A stretch of 64,000 nucleotides of DNA from Amphiscolops sp. MND2022 (taxonomy: Eukaryota), in contig OZ076409.1 of assembly GCA_964187785.1 (NCBI GenBank), positions 87,050,001-87,114,000 on the forward strand. The letters run 5' to 3'. Numbering within the stretch: position 1 is the stretch's first letter; the number at the start of each line of letters is the position of its first letter. This document shows positions 52,744-64,000 of the stretch, in pieces. The position numbers and the translations under genes are program-made. Under the pieces are notes generated by a model that saw only the letters and a program-made list of their open reading frames with translations, was not told the DNA's origin and did not search any database.

Positions 52744-53091
52744 TAACCTCTAAGGAATAACGTCTAATTTTGACTCAATTTTCAGGAATAACGTCTGAAG
52801 ATTTAGACGTTATTCCCGATTTTTAGATGTTATTCCCAATTTTGAAGTATTGTTTTTTTGTGCAGAAAAGTTTTTCCTTTGCTCTAATTGTTGTGATAAA
52901 CTTGTTGGATAGTTTTAAAGAAGTTATTGATTGGATGGATTGTTCACCTTCCACTGGACTCAGGCTCTGGACAATCGTCGCACTCTGGTCTCTGGGACTG
53001 TTCTGATGGTTTGTCGTGCCAATTCGGCCTCAATCAAAAGTCGTTAGTTCGTTCCTTTTTTCTTATTTGGCACGCTTTCCTTACTAATTAC

Positions 53092-53690
53092 ATGGTTGTC
53101 AATATTGGCGCTAGTTCATTGGGCCAACCTTTTGATTCTATAAATTATTTGTTCGCAGCTGCTTTTCGGTACCAAGACTTAGCTTTAACGATGAAGCCTT
53201 CAACCGTCATAAAATTCTTCGAAAACTTCTTACTCGAGGATCTCTCAATAAAGTTAACAATATTATTATTTGGCACGACGTTATAAACAATTCAATTTCG
53301 CCCCATAGAAGCAACAACTATCAGCCAAGTTCGATCGACCAGCTTATAGAAAATCTCTTGCTGTTCAAGGACAGAATCAAAGCAAAAGTTCACTGTCGCC
53401 GTCTGGGCACTGGGGACATCAAAAAGTGGTTGTTCGGTTCACAGATCATCATCATCGACGCTGTTAGAAAATTAATTTTTCTTAGTAAAAGCAAAGGCAG
53501 CACGATCTTGTCCGACTTGCGACAGGTGCATCCGTCAGCAGTGCTAGACTTCAAGCTCCTATCTGTAGTCTGGAAAAACCGTAATCACGTACAGAGGTTC
53601 AAACCAGACAAAAAGATTAGGAAGAAACCGAATCAGAGAATAAGAAAGAAGCTCCGACAACTGAAAGTGTCTCAGTTGGTTAATGATCTG
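53092..53690 (+). pseudogene. LINE upstream ORF0, SGNH/GDSL-esterase-like
   Basis: VNIGASSL (block I-like), SVPRLSF, IIIWHDVINNS (block III-like), RQVHP (block V-like), basic tail; one frameshift. Confidence 0.55.
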
Positions 53691-53739
53691 TTTTTTTTCT
53701 TGGTCTTCGAAAACCTTGGTTGGTTGGGAGACCTTGAGA

Positions 53740-54980
53740 TTTGGCAGTGATCTGACATATTGGGACCGAAAAACAGAAATCAGTCAGTCTGGGACGATTG
53801 TTGCCCTAAATGTAAAAGTATTGTTGAGGAAACTGAAAAGAATTGAATATGTTGCAACGGATGTGAGTCATGATGGCATGGATCTTGTGGGGGCCTTGAT
53901 GTAAAGGACCTTCCAATACTTTCAAAATAATTAATCTGTTCATTGGTATTGCTCCAAATGCGAAGACAAGCATCTACAGGGCCGTTCTTCTAACGTCTGG
54001 AAATCATTGAATGCCATAAATCAACAACAACAAAAAAAGAGACTGAAATTAGAGATACGGAGATGCAAAATATGGAATCCTTGTAAAAGGACCTATTAAC
54101 TATCAAACTCAAGCTTGACAACCCAACATCAACTCAGCCTCTCAAGAACTATCCGGATAAAGTAAAAACTAATCGAAACGAAACTCAAACGAAATGTACA
54201 ACTGACATCAGAAGTGGAACAAGACAAAATCGTGATCCTCGCAACATATTGCTCATCAAGACAAATCAGAAACTCCGAGATAGTATCGAAATCAAAAAAA
54301 CGTTTGCTTCCATTTATCCAAACAAAAAATTACTATACGTTTTTATTGCAGCGCGTGGTAGTATACATCTTGAGTTTACAACACCAGAGGTAGCTGAATG
54401 TGTTTTGCAGGGTTAAACAGTTTAGTGTTTTGGCGGCGACTCGTGTGCTCGGAGAGCTAGTGACAGGAATGAACAGCACAGCGCTGTAATACGGAGAGTT
54501 CCATTAGAAGTGTCCGACTCGGAAATGACTTCAGCTCTTACGGATAATTTTCCAGGTGTCAGAATCAGAAGCTTTGTCAAAAGCGATGGAAAATCACTGC
54601 AAACTGTCATACTGACGTTTCCCTCAAAAGCCCAGTTTGACAAGGCAACAACCGACAGGATTTCCATTGACCATTTGTACTATCAACCAGTCGAATTCAT
54701 ACAGCAAAGGAATACGAATAATCCGCTGCTACCGATATCAGAAGTTCGGACACGTCAGTTCCAATTGACTTTCGAAAGTGTCAGCAAACATTGTTCCGGC
54801 GAACACTCTATCGACAACTGCAGCGGTAATCAGCCTGCCAGATGTACCAATTGCATCGGAAGCCACGAAGCTAAATCTCTTGACTGCCCAACTTCTTTTA
54901 AACAGGTGCAAAGAGTTCATGAGGCACGAGGTCTACAAGCACCGACTTTGAGAAACCCTGTGTCAAAAAATGATGACTAA
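53740..54980 (+). pseudogene. LINE ORF1 with a PHD finger and CCHC knuckles
   Basis: CPKC...CNGC..WHGSC...WYCSKC (53802-53960); RCYRYQKFGH, KHCSGEH, CTNCIGSH...CP. Confidence 0.8.
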
Positions 54981-57463
54981 CCCTGGTTTCACATTCTTGC
55001 AGATAAATATATGCGGCCTGAGTGATCATAATAAAATAGCATTGAATCAATACTTACCACAAACCAAAGCTGATATCGTTTTTCTTAATGAAACCAAGAC
55101 ACAAATTAGTGCAAATCCAATCGACAATTTCACAATATTCAGTTCTATGGGTGGAAGTTCTGGGGGCGTCGCAGTTTTATTGAAAAATCACATCCCTTAC
55201 TCAAGACTTAATCAATTCGAAGACACCTCTGTTGATAATGTTGTTTTGACTGTTAGGCTGAGCGGAATTAAGTTAGTTGTGTCTACTGCATATGTCAGAC
55301 TCGATAACTTCGAAGGATTGAGAAGTACAATAAAAGTTATACAGAGTTGCAAAACGTATGTTGACTAAAATTGCCTGAATGGAGCTCTTTTCTTTGGTGA
55401 TCTCAATGCAACACATACCTATTGGGGAGACAAATCGTGTAACTTGTTAGGTGAGGAACTGGTTCAAATAGCTGACCACTTCAGCAATCTCAATGATGGT
55501 GAGCCTACGTTTTTGGCAGCAAATGGCTACAGTGTTATCGATTTCTGCATTTGTCATGGGCCTCTGTTTGATAGATGTAAACACTCTCTGTCTACGGATG
55601 AATTTGCTGAGCTGTTCACCGGTGCTCCACAGAGGGGTTATGTTCCCGTTATTATGAGATTGGAACGTAGTAGCATCACTGAGAAAACCAAGAAATTATG
55701 GATTGAAAAAGCTGATTAGGTGGGTTGGACTTCTTTCACTGAGGGCCGAATAGATGATCTCATGGTTGTTGGGGACGACCCTGTTATTCTTTGGAACGAG
55801 TTCAAGAATCTGCTGCACGACGCTTCCTTTGGTCATATACCCCTCAAATGTGTTTCAAATCATAGCAAAACGTTTTGGAACTCAGATTTGACAGACGCAA
55901 GCAATGAATTCTGATTTTTACGGAAAAAGTTCAAGTACAAATTAAATTTTGAAAATGGACAAAAGCTGAAGGCAGCAAAGGAACGTTTCAAAATTCTACT
56001 CAATAAAAGTGTAACTGAATGGTTGGAAAAATATCTGTAATTGCTTGGGCATAAAAGAGGAGGAGAATTTTGGACATCTTACAAGGTCTTACTCAACACT
56101 GAACATGAAGAAGTTGGTCTAATACACAGTAAGGAAAGGAGACTCTTACATGCTCCAGAGGAAATTAGTAAAGAATTCGAAACCACGTTCTTCGGAGGAG
56201 AACATCTGTAAAGCAAATTTTCAACGATGCAACACAACTAGAAGTAGAAGCCAAAATAAACCAACCACATGATGGTCCTGAACATGATATTGAAGTATTT
56301 CATGATGAAATTACTTTCGATGAGTTGAAGAATGCCATTTTGAAATCCAGCAACACTACATCTTTTGATATTGATGGTCTCCATTTGACAATGACAAAGA
56401 ATTTGGCATTAAAGCACTCCTTTTTCTGCCGAATATTTTCAATGCCTGCTGGGAGTATCATGTGTGGCCATGGACGGGGTCACGAGTCGTATTCATACGC
56501 AAGCCAAACAAAGAGAGATATGATGAATGCTCTTCAAATCGACCACTCTCAATCTCCAGTCATATCGGCGAAACGTTGGAAAGAATACTTGCAACTAGAA
56601 ACAAATCACATCTCTAGCTAAATGGACTGCTTCGTGACGAACAGGAGGGTTTCAGACCGAAAAGAAACACCACTCGATCGCTCTACAGACTACATCACAT
56701 GCTGGAAAATGCCAAACGTTCACGTTTACCGACGGTTCTGCTTAACATTGACTTTCGATAGCGTTTGGGTGGACGGCCTTCTCTTTAAACTGTTGGAACA
56801 CAGTATTTCTGGCAAAATGTATCAGATAATAAAATCGTTCTTAAAAACCAGAGTGGCTTAAATTGAACTGAATGGATACCAATCGCCGAAATTCCAGATT
56901 GACATTGGCGTTCCACAGGGAAGTGTGTTGTCACCATTACTCTTTATCATCTTCCTAAACGACTTCCTCAGTCATCAAGCTCAAAATTTCAAGTTTGCAG
57001 ACAATAGTTCTTTCATTGCCACTGGCAAGGATCCGTTAGAATTATCTGCCAACCTTCGAGAAACTTGTTCTGACATCAAGAAGTGGTGTGCAGATTGGAG
57101 GATGTTAGTGAACGGAGGAAAAACTGAACTAATCCTTTTCAATTGCAAAACGAATGTTTTCGAACTCCCGTGCCTCAATGGTGATATATGTCAAGTTAAA
57201 AAAACAACAAAGTCTCTCGGAGTAATTATCGATAGCAAGCTCAACTACCGGGATCATTCTACTAAAACAATCGGAAGAGCAAAGCGAAATTGGAATATTA
57301 TCAAGTCGTTCTGCAATAGAAAATGGCGCCTTGCAGTTCCAACGCTAGTTTTGTTGTACAAAACGACTATCTTACCCTCACTTTTTTATGCAGCACCAAT
57401 TTGGCTTGAGAACAACCTCAAATACGTCACAGCAGTACAGAACAATTTCATAAGGACAGTTTT

Positions 57464-59125
57464 TGTCGTGGGGGAAAACACTACTTGCAGGAAGTTTCTA
57501 TTCGATAAGCATTCCTCTGAAGTATACATAGAACAATTAGGTTAACATAAATAACATAACGACATTATATAACAGTGTTAATAACTACATATATATTACA
57601 TTCATAACACTCCTTCCCGCTTCGAAAGTCTCTAGTTCATAGCCGACACAAAGTCGCCCAGGTATGTAGGTGGTTTCCTGTTCCAACTGAGCGTCGCAAG
57701 GTGGGAGCGGGAGAGTTCGGGCTGAATTGAGATTCCTGTACTGGTTCCACAGATTTAGGTGGTTCACCTTCGGTTCTGATGTAAGGAACCGATGTTCTGA
57801 TGTCTACATCGGTCTCCTTGTCTTTGTATTGACCTCCAGGTTGTAAAGTTGTTCCTTCATTGTCAATATCCGGCGGTCATCGAAAGAGGTCGTTTGTAGA
57901 AACAGTGTCATCTCGCCCATCGCCAAAGGAGACTCGTGCAAGGTGAGGGGAGATGACTTCGGAAATCTGTACATGCACAACTGTAGCTTGGTCTTTAGCC
58001 CTTACCAATTTCAGGAGGTACCCGGGAGCTACTGGATGGACGGATCAGCGGCTCGCCGCGTTTGAAACAGAAGAAGCGATCATTGGGGCTCTCCTTGGTG
58101 ACGGTATTGACAAGTGTCCGAATCGACGAGATTGCTGATGGTAGGACGCTTTCCCAGTCAGTTAGTGGGCGGTTTGTGGAGTGTAGCAGGCACTGAACGG
58201 TTTTCCACACAATTCTGTTGTAGCGCTCGTTTTGGCCATTGCCCTGAAGGTAGGGCGTAGTTATGGAGGTCGCAAATCCATTTTGGCGGCAGAAGTTTTG
58301 GATTTCCGATGAGACGAACTGTGTGCCCCGGTCAGAGTGAATGAACCCAGGTGATCCGAATATGGCGAAAAGTGTTGAAAGACACTTGATGACGCTTTTA
58401 GACGTGATGTTCCGGAGAGGGAAGGCAAAAGGAAACCTACTAGACTCATCCACCACTGTGAGAAGGTATTGGTTTCTGTTTCTAGTCATTGGTTTGGGGC
58501 CAACAATGTCGACTGATTGTCGCTCCCAAGGTTTGGAGGATCGGATAAGATCGCTGCCGGGGGTCGAAAGAAGCGCGGTTTCCATAGGACGCACATTTTG
58601 CAGTTCTCGGTAACCCTTTTTGCCTCATCTAAAGATATTGGGACTTTGTGTCTTTGAATGTATTCGTACAGTCGGGTCACTCCAGGATGCGCAAATGTCT
58701 CGTGTACGGTTTTACAGCTGGGCTGTAGGGACGCTAATCGAGACAGGGCGTCGGCTGACACGTTCTGACAACCTCTTTGGTAGCTCATCTCGAAGTTGTA
58801 TTCCGAAAGTTCCAGGCGCCAGCGAATCAGTATGTCATTCTTTACTCTGGAAGAGTTGGGTCCAAATATGAAAGAGAGGTCCTTTTGGTCGGTGCGAACT
58901 AGGACCCGTGACGTCCGTAACAGGTCTGAGAAACAGCGGAATTCTTCCAAGATACCCAAAACTTCCCGTTCAACCACCGAGTAGGCCATTTCGCTATGTT
59001 TCAGAGTTCTCGAGAAGAAACCGACAGGTTTGTCTCTTTGAGTGAGTGTCGCTCTGATACCGTATGGTGACCAGTTCCGGGTGCATCGGTTTGGAGAACG
59101 AGAGGCTCGTTTGCCCGGGGCAGCC
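57464..59125 (-). mobile_element. 3' half of a short-LTR Gypsy-type element (RNase H, integrase, PPT, 146-bp LTR)
   Basis: KPVGFFSRTL, VRTDQ, HETFAHPG...CKMC, VDIVGP...VVDE...IHSDRGTQF...GNGQNER; PPT GAAGCGGGAAGGAG; LTR 57609-57464 with TG..CA ends; 5' half deleted. Confidence 0.88.
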
Positions 59126-59695
59126 AGACACAGATTTTCGCCGAATATCGACTCATGTCAAGTTCTGCTAGGAACGCCGCCTCTTGATCTTCTGAGTACA
59201 GCCATTAACGTCAAATTTCTCTTGAAGCTCAAACAAGAAGAGGATTTACTACATTGGACCCACGGTGCATCTTCATCTTTTCCGGACAGTGTTGCTAACC
59301 TCCTCGAGAGTCATGTTACCAGATTCCGAGATTTTTTGAGAATTCATAATTGTACGAGATATAAACAGCAAGATATCAACCTTTTCATTAACTATCTTTG
59401 GAACCTCAGGTGGAGAAATAATGACAACAAGTTATTTCTGAAATGTTACACCAAAACCCCATCAACTTATAACACTGAATCGCCTCTTTCCAACCTTCGA
59501 AGGTACGAAGCGGGTGGGCGGAAGTAGGTCGAAGGAACGGGATCGAAAATCAGAGTTAGTCCTCAGGTCGACATACCAAATTTTTTGAATGGGATCGAAA
59601 CAACTCGGATCGAAATTTTTATAACGTAGTCAGATATGTTCACATACCCCTAGTGCCCTGAATGCAGGAGCGAAGCAAAGCAGAGCGACGTGCCA

Positions 59696-61277
59696 CAGGG
59701 ACACCCAATAAATAATTGGCTTTCAATTAATTGCAACTATAATTGGCAATTATTATTGATTGGGCTGTTCCCCAATGATCAATTAATTGATTGGCGACTA
59801 CCCAATATTTGAAATAATTGGTTTTCACAAAAAACTTGATGTTTTCCTTGCTTTTCAGGTTGAAATGAGTACGGTGGTTGACTTAAAGTCTACTTGCCTG
59901 AAATATTTCACGAAGATGGACAACAGTGATATGTGGAAGTGTAAGTGTGGCAAGATATTGAAGAAGAAACAAGGCACAGGATGGTCAAATCTAACTGATC
60001 ATACAAGAACACAGCATGAAAATAGTACTCCAAAATCGAACCAAGGGACTTTGGATTTCATGCATTGCAGATGGTTGAGTACAATGCAAATGTTGGAACG
60101 CTACTCATCAATCAAAGATCATTTAACAAAGATCCCGGGCCTTCTTGAACTCCTTCTTTCACCTGTCGAAGATAACGAAGTCAAGGAGCTAAGTAAGACC
60201 ATGGTGCCACTGAAGTCTGTAACGTTAGCTTTACAACGCGATGAAATGGATATGGCGTCCGTGAGACTTTTGTTCGACGAACTTCTTCGGACCATTCCAA
60301 AATTGGATGCCAAGGACAGATACTCGAAGCCAAAGAGTGGCTGTAAATAGGTCGAATTTTTCTGGTCGAAAGGACAGAGGTCGAACCTTTTGATCGAATT
60401 GCAGGGATCGAATGAAATGCGGTCGAATTTTATCGTATTTGTTGTATGGCTCGGTCACTTCGCTCCCTTCGCCAAGTAGCAACATTGAGGCATGGCCAAA
60501 TGGCACGTCGCTCCGCTTCGCTTCGCTCCTTCATTCGGGGCACTAGGGGTATGTGAACATATCTGACTACGTTATAAAAATTTCGATCTGAGTTGTTTCG
60601 ATCCCATTCAACAATTTGGTATGTCGACCTGAGGACTAACTCTGCTTTTCGATCCCGTTCCTTCGATCTATTTCCGCCCACCCGAAGCCAAACAGTCAAA
60701 TCGTCAAATGTCCTGACTTCGAACAAGGGATAGTGAAGATCTTAAATGGGGAAGAGTCAGCAATGTCTGTGAATAAGCAGTTGGCTTGCCGGAAACTGCG
60801 AAAGTCTAATGCTTCTGATGTTGAAGAGGTTGACAGTCACGATAAAGCTGATTTTGCGTCTGCAGTGCTGGCTAAACGACCGAAGCAAGCCCTTCCGTTG
60901 AAGTACGTTTCATGCAAGTTCCTGTTACCAACATCGAATGTTTTGGAACGTTTCTTCAGCTCAGCCGGATATGCGTACCTGTGCCAAAATCTACTTCCAA
61001 TGAAGCTCGAGCAGCAACTTTACTTGAAGTTCAACAAGAAACATTGAGATTTGTCCACTGTTAATGATTTGGTTAATCTCAGTGAATGATTTGATTTCGA
61101 ATTGTTGGCTTTTGTGAATTAATTTTCACTTGGAAACTTTTTTTGCTAGATTTTTAGTTTTCCAAGATTTGGCATTTATTGGCAATTATTCATTGGCTAA
61201 GAGACCAATGATCAATTAATTGGTTAATGAGATTTCGGAATCAATTATAATTGCCAATTAACTATTGAGTGCCCCTG
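59696..61277 (+). mobile_element. Internally deleted hAT transposon
   Basis: TIR CAGGGACACCCAATA / CAGGGGCACTCAATA; 8-bp TSD ACGTGCCA; BED-like WKCKC...NLTDHTRTQH; RWLSTMQML; PTSNVLERFFSSAG. Confidence 0.93.
60335..60683 (-). mobile_element. MULE-type MITE family 1, inner inverted copy (349 bp)
   Basis: 9-bp TSD GAAGCCAAA; near-identical inverted copy of the outer MITE. Confidence 0.9.
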
Positions 61278-61579
61278 ACGTGCCATTTGGCCATGCCTCA
61301 ATGTTGCTACTTGGCGAAGGGAGCGAAGCGACCGAGCCATACAACAAATACGATAAAATTCGACCGCATTCTATTCGATCCCTGCAATTCGATCAAAAGG
61401 TTCGACCTCTGTCCTTTCGACCAGAAAAATTCGACCTATTTACAGCCACTCGTACGGAGCCATCAAAATTTGTGAAACGCTTATTTAAGATCTAAAACTA
61501 AAAAGTGATATAAAGTATAAAACGTGCCTCGGATATGTCCCCATTTCGTCTATTGCCCCGCGCCCCCTTGGGGCCGCTA

Positions 61580-61922
61580 GGGCAGGGACGTTTCGTCAGC
61601 AGCCATTTGGACGACAAAAATTTTAGCCCACTTCGGCGACAATAATGTCGCCCAAATGTCCCGTAGACTAAATGGCCAAATATGTTCACATACCCCTAGT
61701 GCCCTGAATGCAGGAGCGAAGCGAAGCGGAACGACGTGCCATATGGCCATGCCTCAATGTTGCTACTTGGCGAAGAGAGCGAAGCGACCGAGCCATACAA
61801 CAAATATGCTAACCTCTTCAAATATATCAATTAATTGATCAACCCATTTGGTCGACACTGTCGCCCATGTGACCGACACCATATTGTCGCCCTAATGGCT
61901 GGTGACGAATTGTCCCTGACCC
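61580..61922 (+). mobile_element. MULE-type MITE family 2 (343 bp)
   Basis: ~38-bp imperfect TIR starting GGG(T)CAGGGAC; 9-bp TSD GGGCCGCTA / GGGCCGCTT. Confidence 0.8.
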
Positions 61923-62279
61923 GGGCCGCTTATGTTCCCATCTTGCTGAGCGAGGTTGAACAGGAGTAGAGGCCTAGCGGGAACGGAGATCGCGAAGCGA
62001 TCATAGTGGGAGCTGGTCTTTGCGACGCTGAGGGCGAGCGTGCTTACACTGCATATGCCCCACATTGATATTTTCGCTCTCAGAATGTCCTTTTTTGAAA
62101 CAGGAATAACGTCTAAAACTTTAGACGCTATTCCCAAAAAATGATTTATTTTAGACGTTATTCCCGTTTTGTGTTTAGATGGGATTCCTCAGACGTTCCT
62201 CCCGCTGCCACGTATTTTGATGATTTTTTAGTTTTGTTTACACTTGCGATAAGCAAGTGTTATGGGAAAGTGCGGGTGC

Positions 62280-63006
62280 TTTTTTTTTCCGCGCGACAAC
62301 TCTCTGATTTCACGCGGCAACTCGCACGTTTCAGGCGTTCGGGGTCTAGTGGTAAGATGCTTGCTTTTCAACCCAGAGGTTTCGTGTTCGAACCCGTGGG
62401 TATGCGCTAATTTTTTGACAAGTATTCTGAAGCACAAGTTTCTCACTTTTTTCCGCACTGAGACTTTTCGGCTTTGTGAGACTTTTTTTCGAAATTTTTC
62501 AAATGTCCCCAAAGAGTCCTTTCAATTTTTTGATATTTTGCAACAGAAAGAATGTTAAAAAATCCCAAAGGGTCCCCCCTTTTTTCAGAATTTTCGGCAC
62601 TATGAGACTGTTCAAAATTCTCATTTTTGTTTTTTTTTCGAAAGTTTTTTTGAGACTCCCTTCTCATTTTTTGTTTTTTTTTCCAAAAATTTTTAATGTC
62701 TACAAAGGGTCCACCCTTCTTTTTGTTTGATATCTTGCAACAGAACGAATGTTAAAAAATCTGAAAGGGTCCCGTTTTCCAGATTTTTCGGCACTATGAG
62801 ACTGTCATTAAAATTTCCCATTTTTAGTTTTTTTTCGAAAATTTTTTAAAGATTCCAAAGGGTCCCCCTTCAATTTTGCAGAAATTTTGCAACAGAATGG
62901 ATAATAAAAAATCTCAAAGGAGCCCCTCTTTCACAGTTTTCGACATTGTGAGATTTTTCAAAAGGAATAATTTTTAGGAGTCGGAAAAAAGTTTCGACTA
63001 CTTATT
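62280..63006 (+). mobile_element. HINE family A-related copy with a tRNA-like segment
   Basis: Same internal tandem repeat; T-run start; 3' hairpin AGTCGGAA...TTTCGACT. Confidence 0.65.
62335..62407 (+). pseudogene. tRNA-derived sequence (A and B boxes retained, stems degenerate)
   Basis: GGTCTAGTGGTAAG (A box/D arm), GTTCGAACCC (B box/T arm), 73 nt, followed by a T6 run. Confidence 0.6.
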
Positions 63007-64000
63007 GTAACGGCAAGCTCTGGTACAGCAATATCAACCGATTTTGCAACTTTGACATGTTCAGAAATTTTGTCAAAAATTCTAATCCGATGTGTGACGT
63101 GGCACTGAGCATGTGATTGCTCTTTTCGCTGTTTCCACAAAATTGGCAGGTACTTCGACAACAAAGAGCAAGAATGAGCAAAAACACGGGCGCGCCGCCA
63201 TGAAAAGAAGCCAGAGACGGCAAGAACATCCGAAAATCGACTCTTTTTGAGGTGCTAACACCGGTTTTATCGATTTTCAGCATTATACTACCCTATGTAG
63301 TGGAAACCGTAAAAATGAGTCTTTTCGCCTAAAGATCCTTGTTTGGTGCTTGGAGCCCCTGCGCCCCAGCTTTTTAGCTGTGTGGTTTGCCATATTCGTG
63401 GCTGTTCTCATGTATTTTCAGTGATTTTGTCTGTATTCAGTAGCGCTAGCGCTAGTTTAGATCTTATTCCCCAATTTTAGATCTTATTCACATGTCACCC
63501 TGGAACTGGAAATTTACCTTATTCTTGGCATTGTTTTTATATGCTAGTTAAGCGGTGGTCTTTAGAGAGCCAGAAAGATGCCCGTTACTATTAGCAATCA
63601 AAGACTAGGACCGGTTGGACAGTATTCGTCGAAGCAGCCGCGGCCCCGGGACGTATTTCACCACTGGAGGCAAAATGGATCTGTGGCGATGGGCGCCTGT
63701 CCCGAGCGATTCACCCATTTCTGCAGGTTCCTCCACCTCTGTTAACGTGTTAAGCGACCGATAACTGCTTGCCGTTACATGAGACCTCATTTTTTGGCGA
63801 CCACAGAGGGATCGCTTCCGATTACTGCCCTATTATATGGTTTTGAAATTTCCGACCCCCTGGTATTGGACGCCACGAACGATTGGACTCTGGAAGGAGA
63901 CGTTTACCCAGAGTTTTTCGATGATATTTTTTAGATGATATGACGTTATATTTTGGTATTTTTCCTGTATTTCGGGGGATTTTTCCGAGTACCTTTGGTA

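Larger units (their letters stand above)
59512..61451 (+). mobile_element. MULE-type MITE family 1, outer copy, interrupted by a hAT element
   Basis: ~22-bp imperfect TIRs; 9-bp TSD GTACGAAGC / GTACGGAGC. Confidence 0.85.
54970..61495 (+). pseudogene. LINE ORF2 (APE plus RT), I/Jockey-group, decayed and split by nested insertions
   Basis: LQINICGL, FLNETK, GDLNA, SVIDF; GVPQGSVLSPLLF, FADN; segments 54970-57463, 59126-59511 and 61461-61495. Confidence 0.85.

Noticed and set aside
59042..59527. 161-aa ORF as an independent gene
   Set aside because: Chimera of antisense Gypsy RNase H sequence, the LINE ORF2 tail and a MITE end

Overview
AT-rich, repeat-saturated eukaryotic DNA, most likely from an invertebrate animal; the species cannot be determined from the sequence. 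The only clear host gene is a sacsin-like gene (minus strand, ~6.8-9.0 kb). Almost everything else is nested mobile DNA: a 13.2-kb Ty3/Gypsy element (14008-27193, TSD TTATA) with LTRs over 2 kb that contain the first ~133 gag codons, a putative -1 frameshift signal and a degenerate, apparently spliced antisense gene; related solo/partial LTRs; a near-intact RTEX-like LINE (29502-35006) inserted into one arm of a ~540-bp spacer-less palindrome; a decayed I/Jockey-group LINE (~53-61.5 kb) holding a Gypsy fragment and a MITE/hAT/MITE nest; a Polinton/adintovirus-like relic (~39-45.5 kb) with repeated CArG/AP-1 modules; a MULE transposase relic with a RING finger; and several Helentron-type (DINE-1-like) non-autonomous elements. 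The two unrelated LINEs share a homologous SGNH-esterase-like upstream ORF. An assembly gap lies at 45518-45717. Family assignments come from motif recognition by eye, not database searches.
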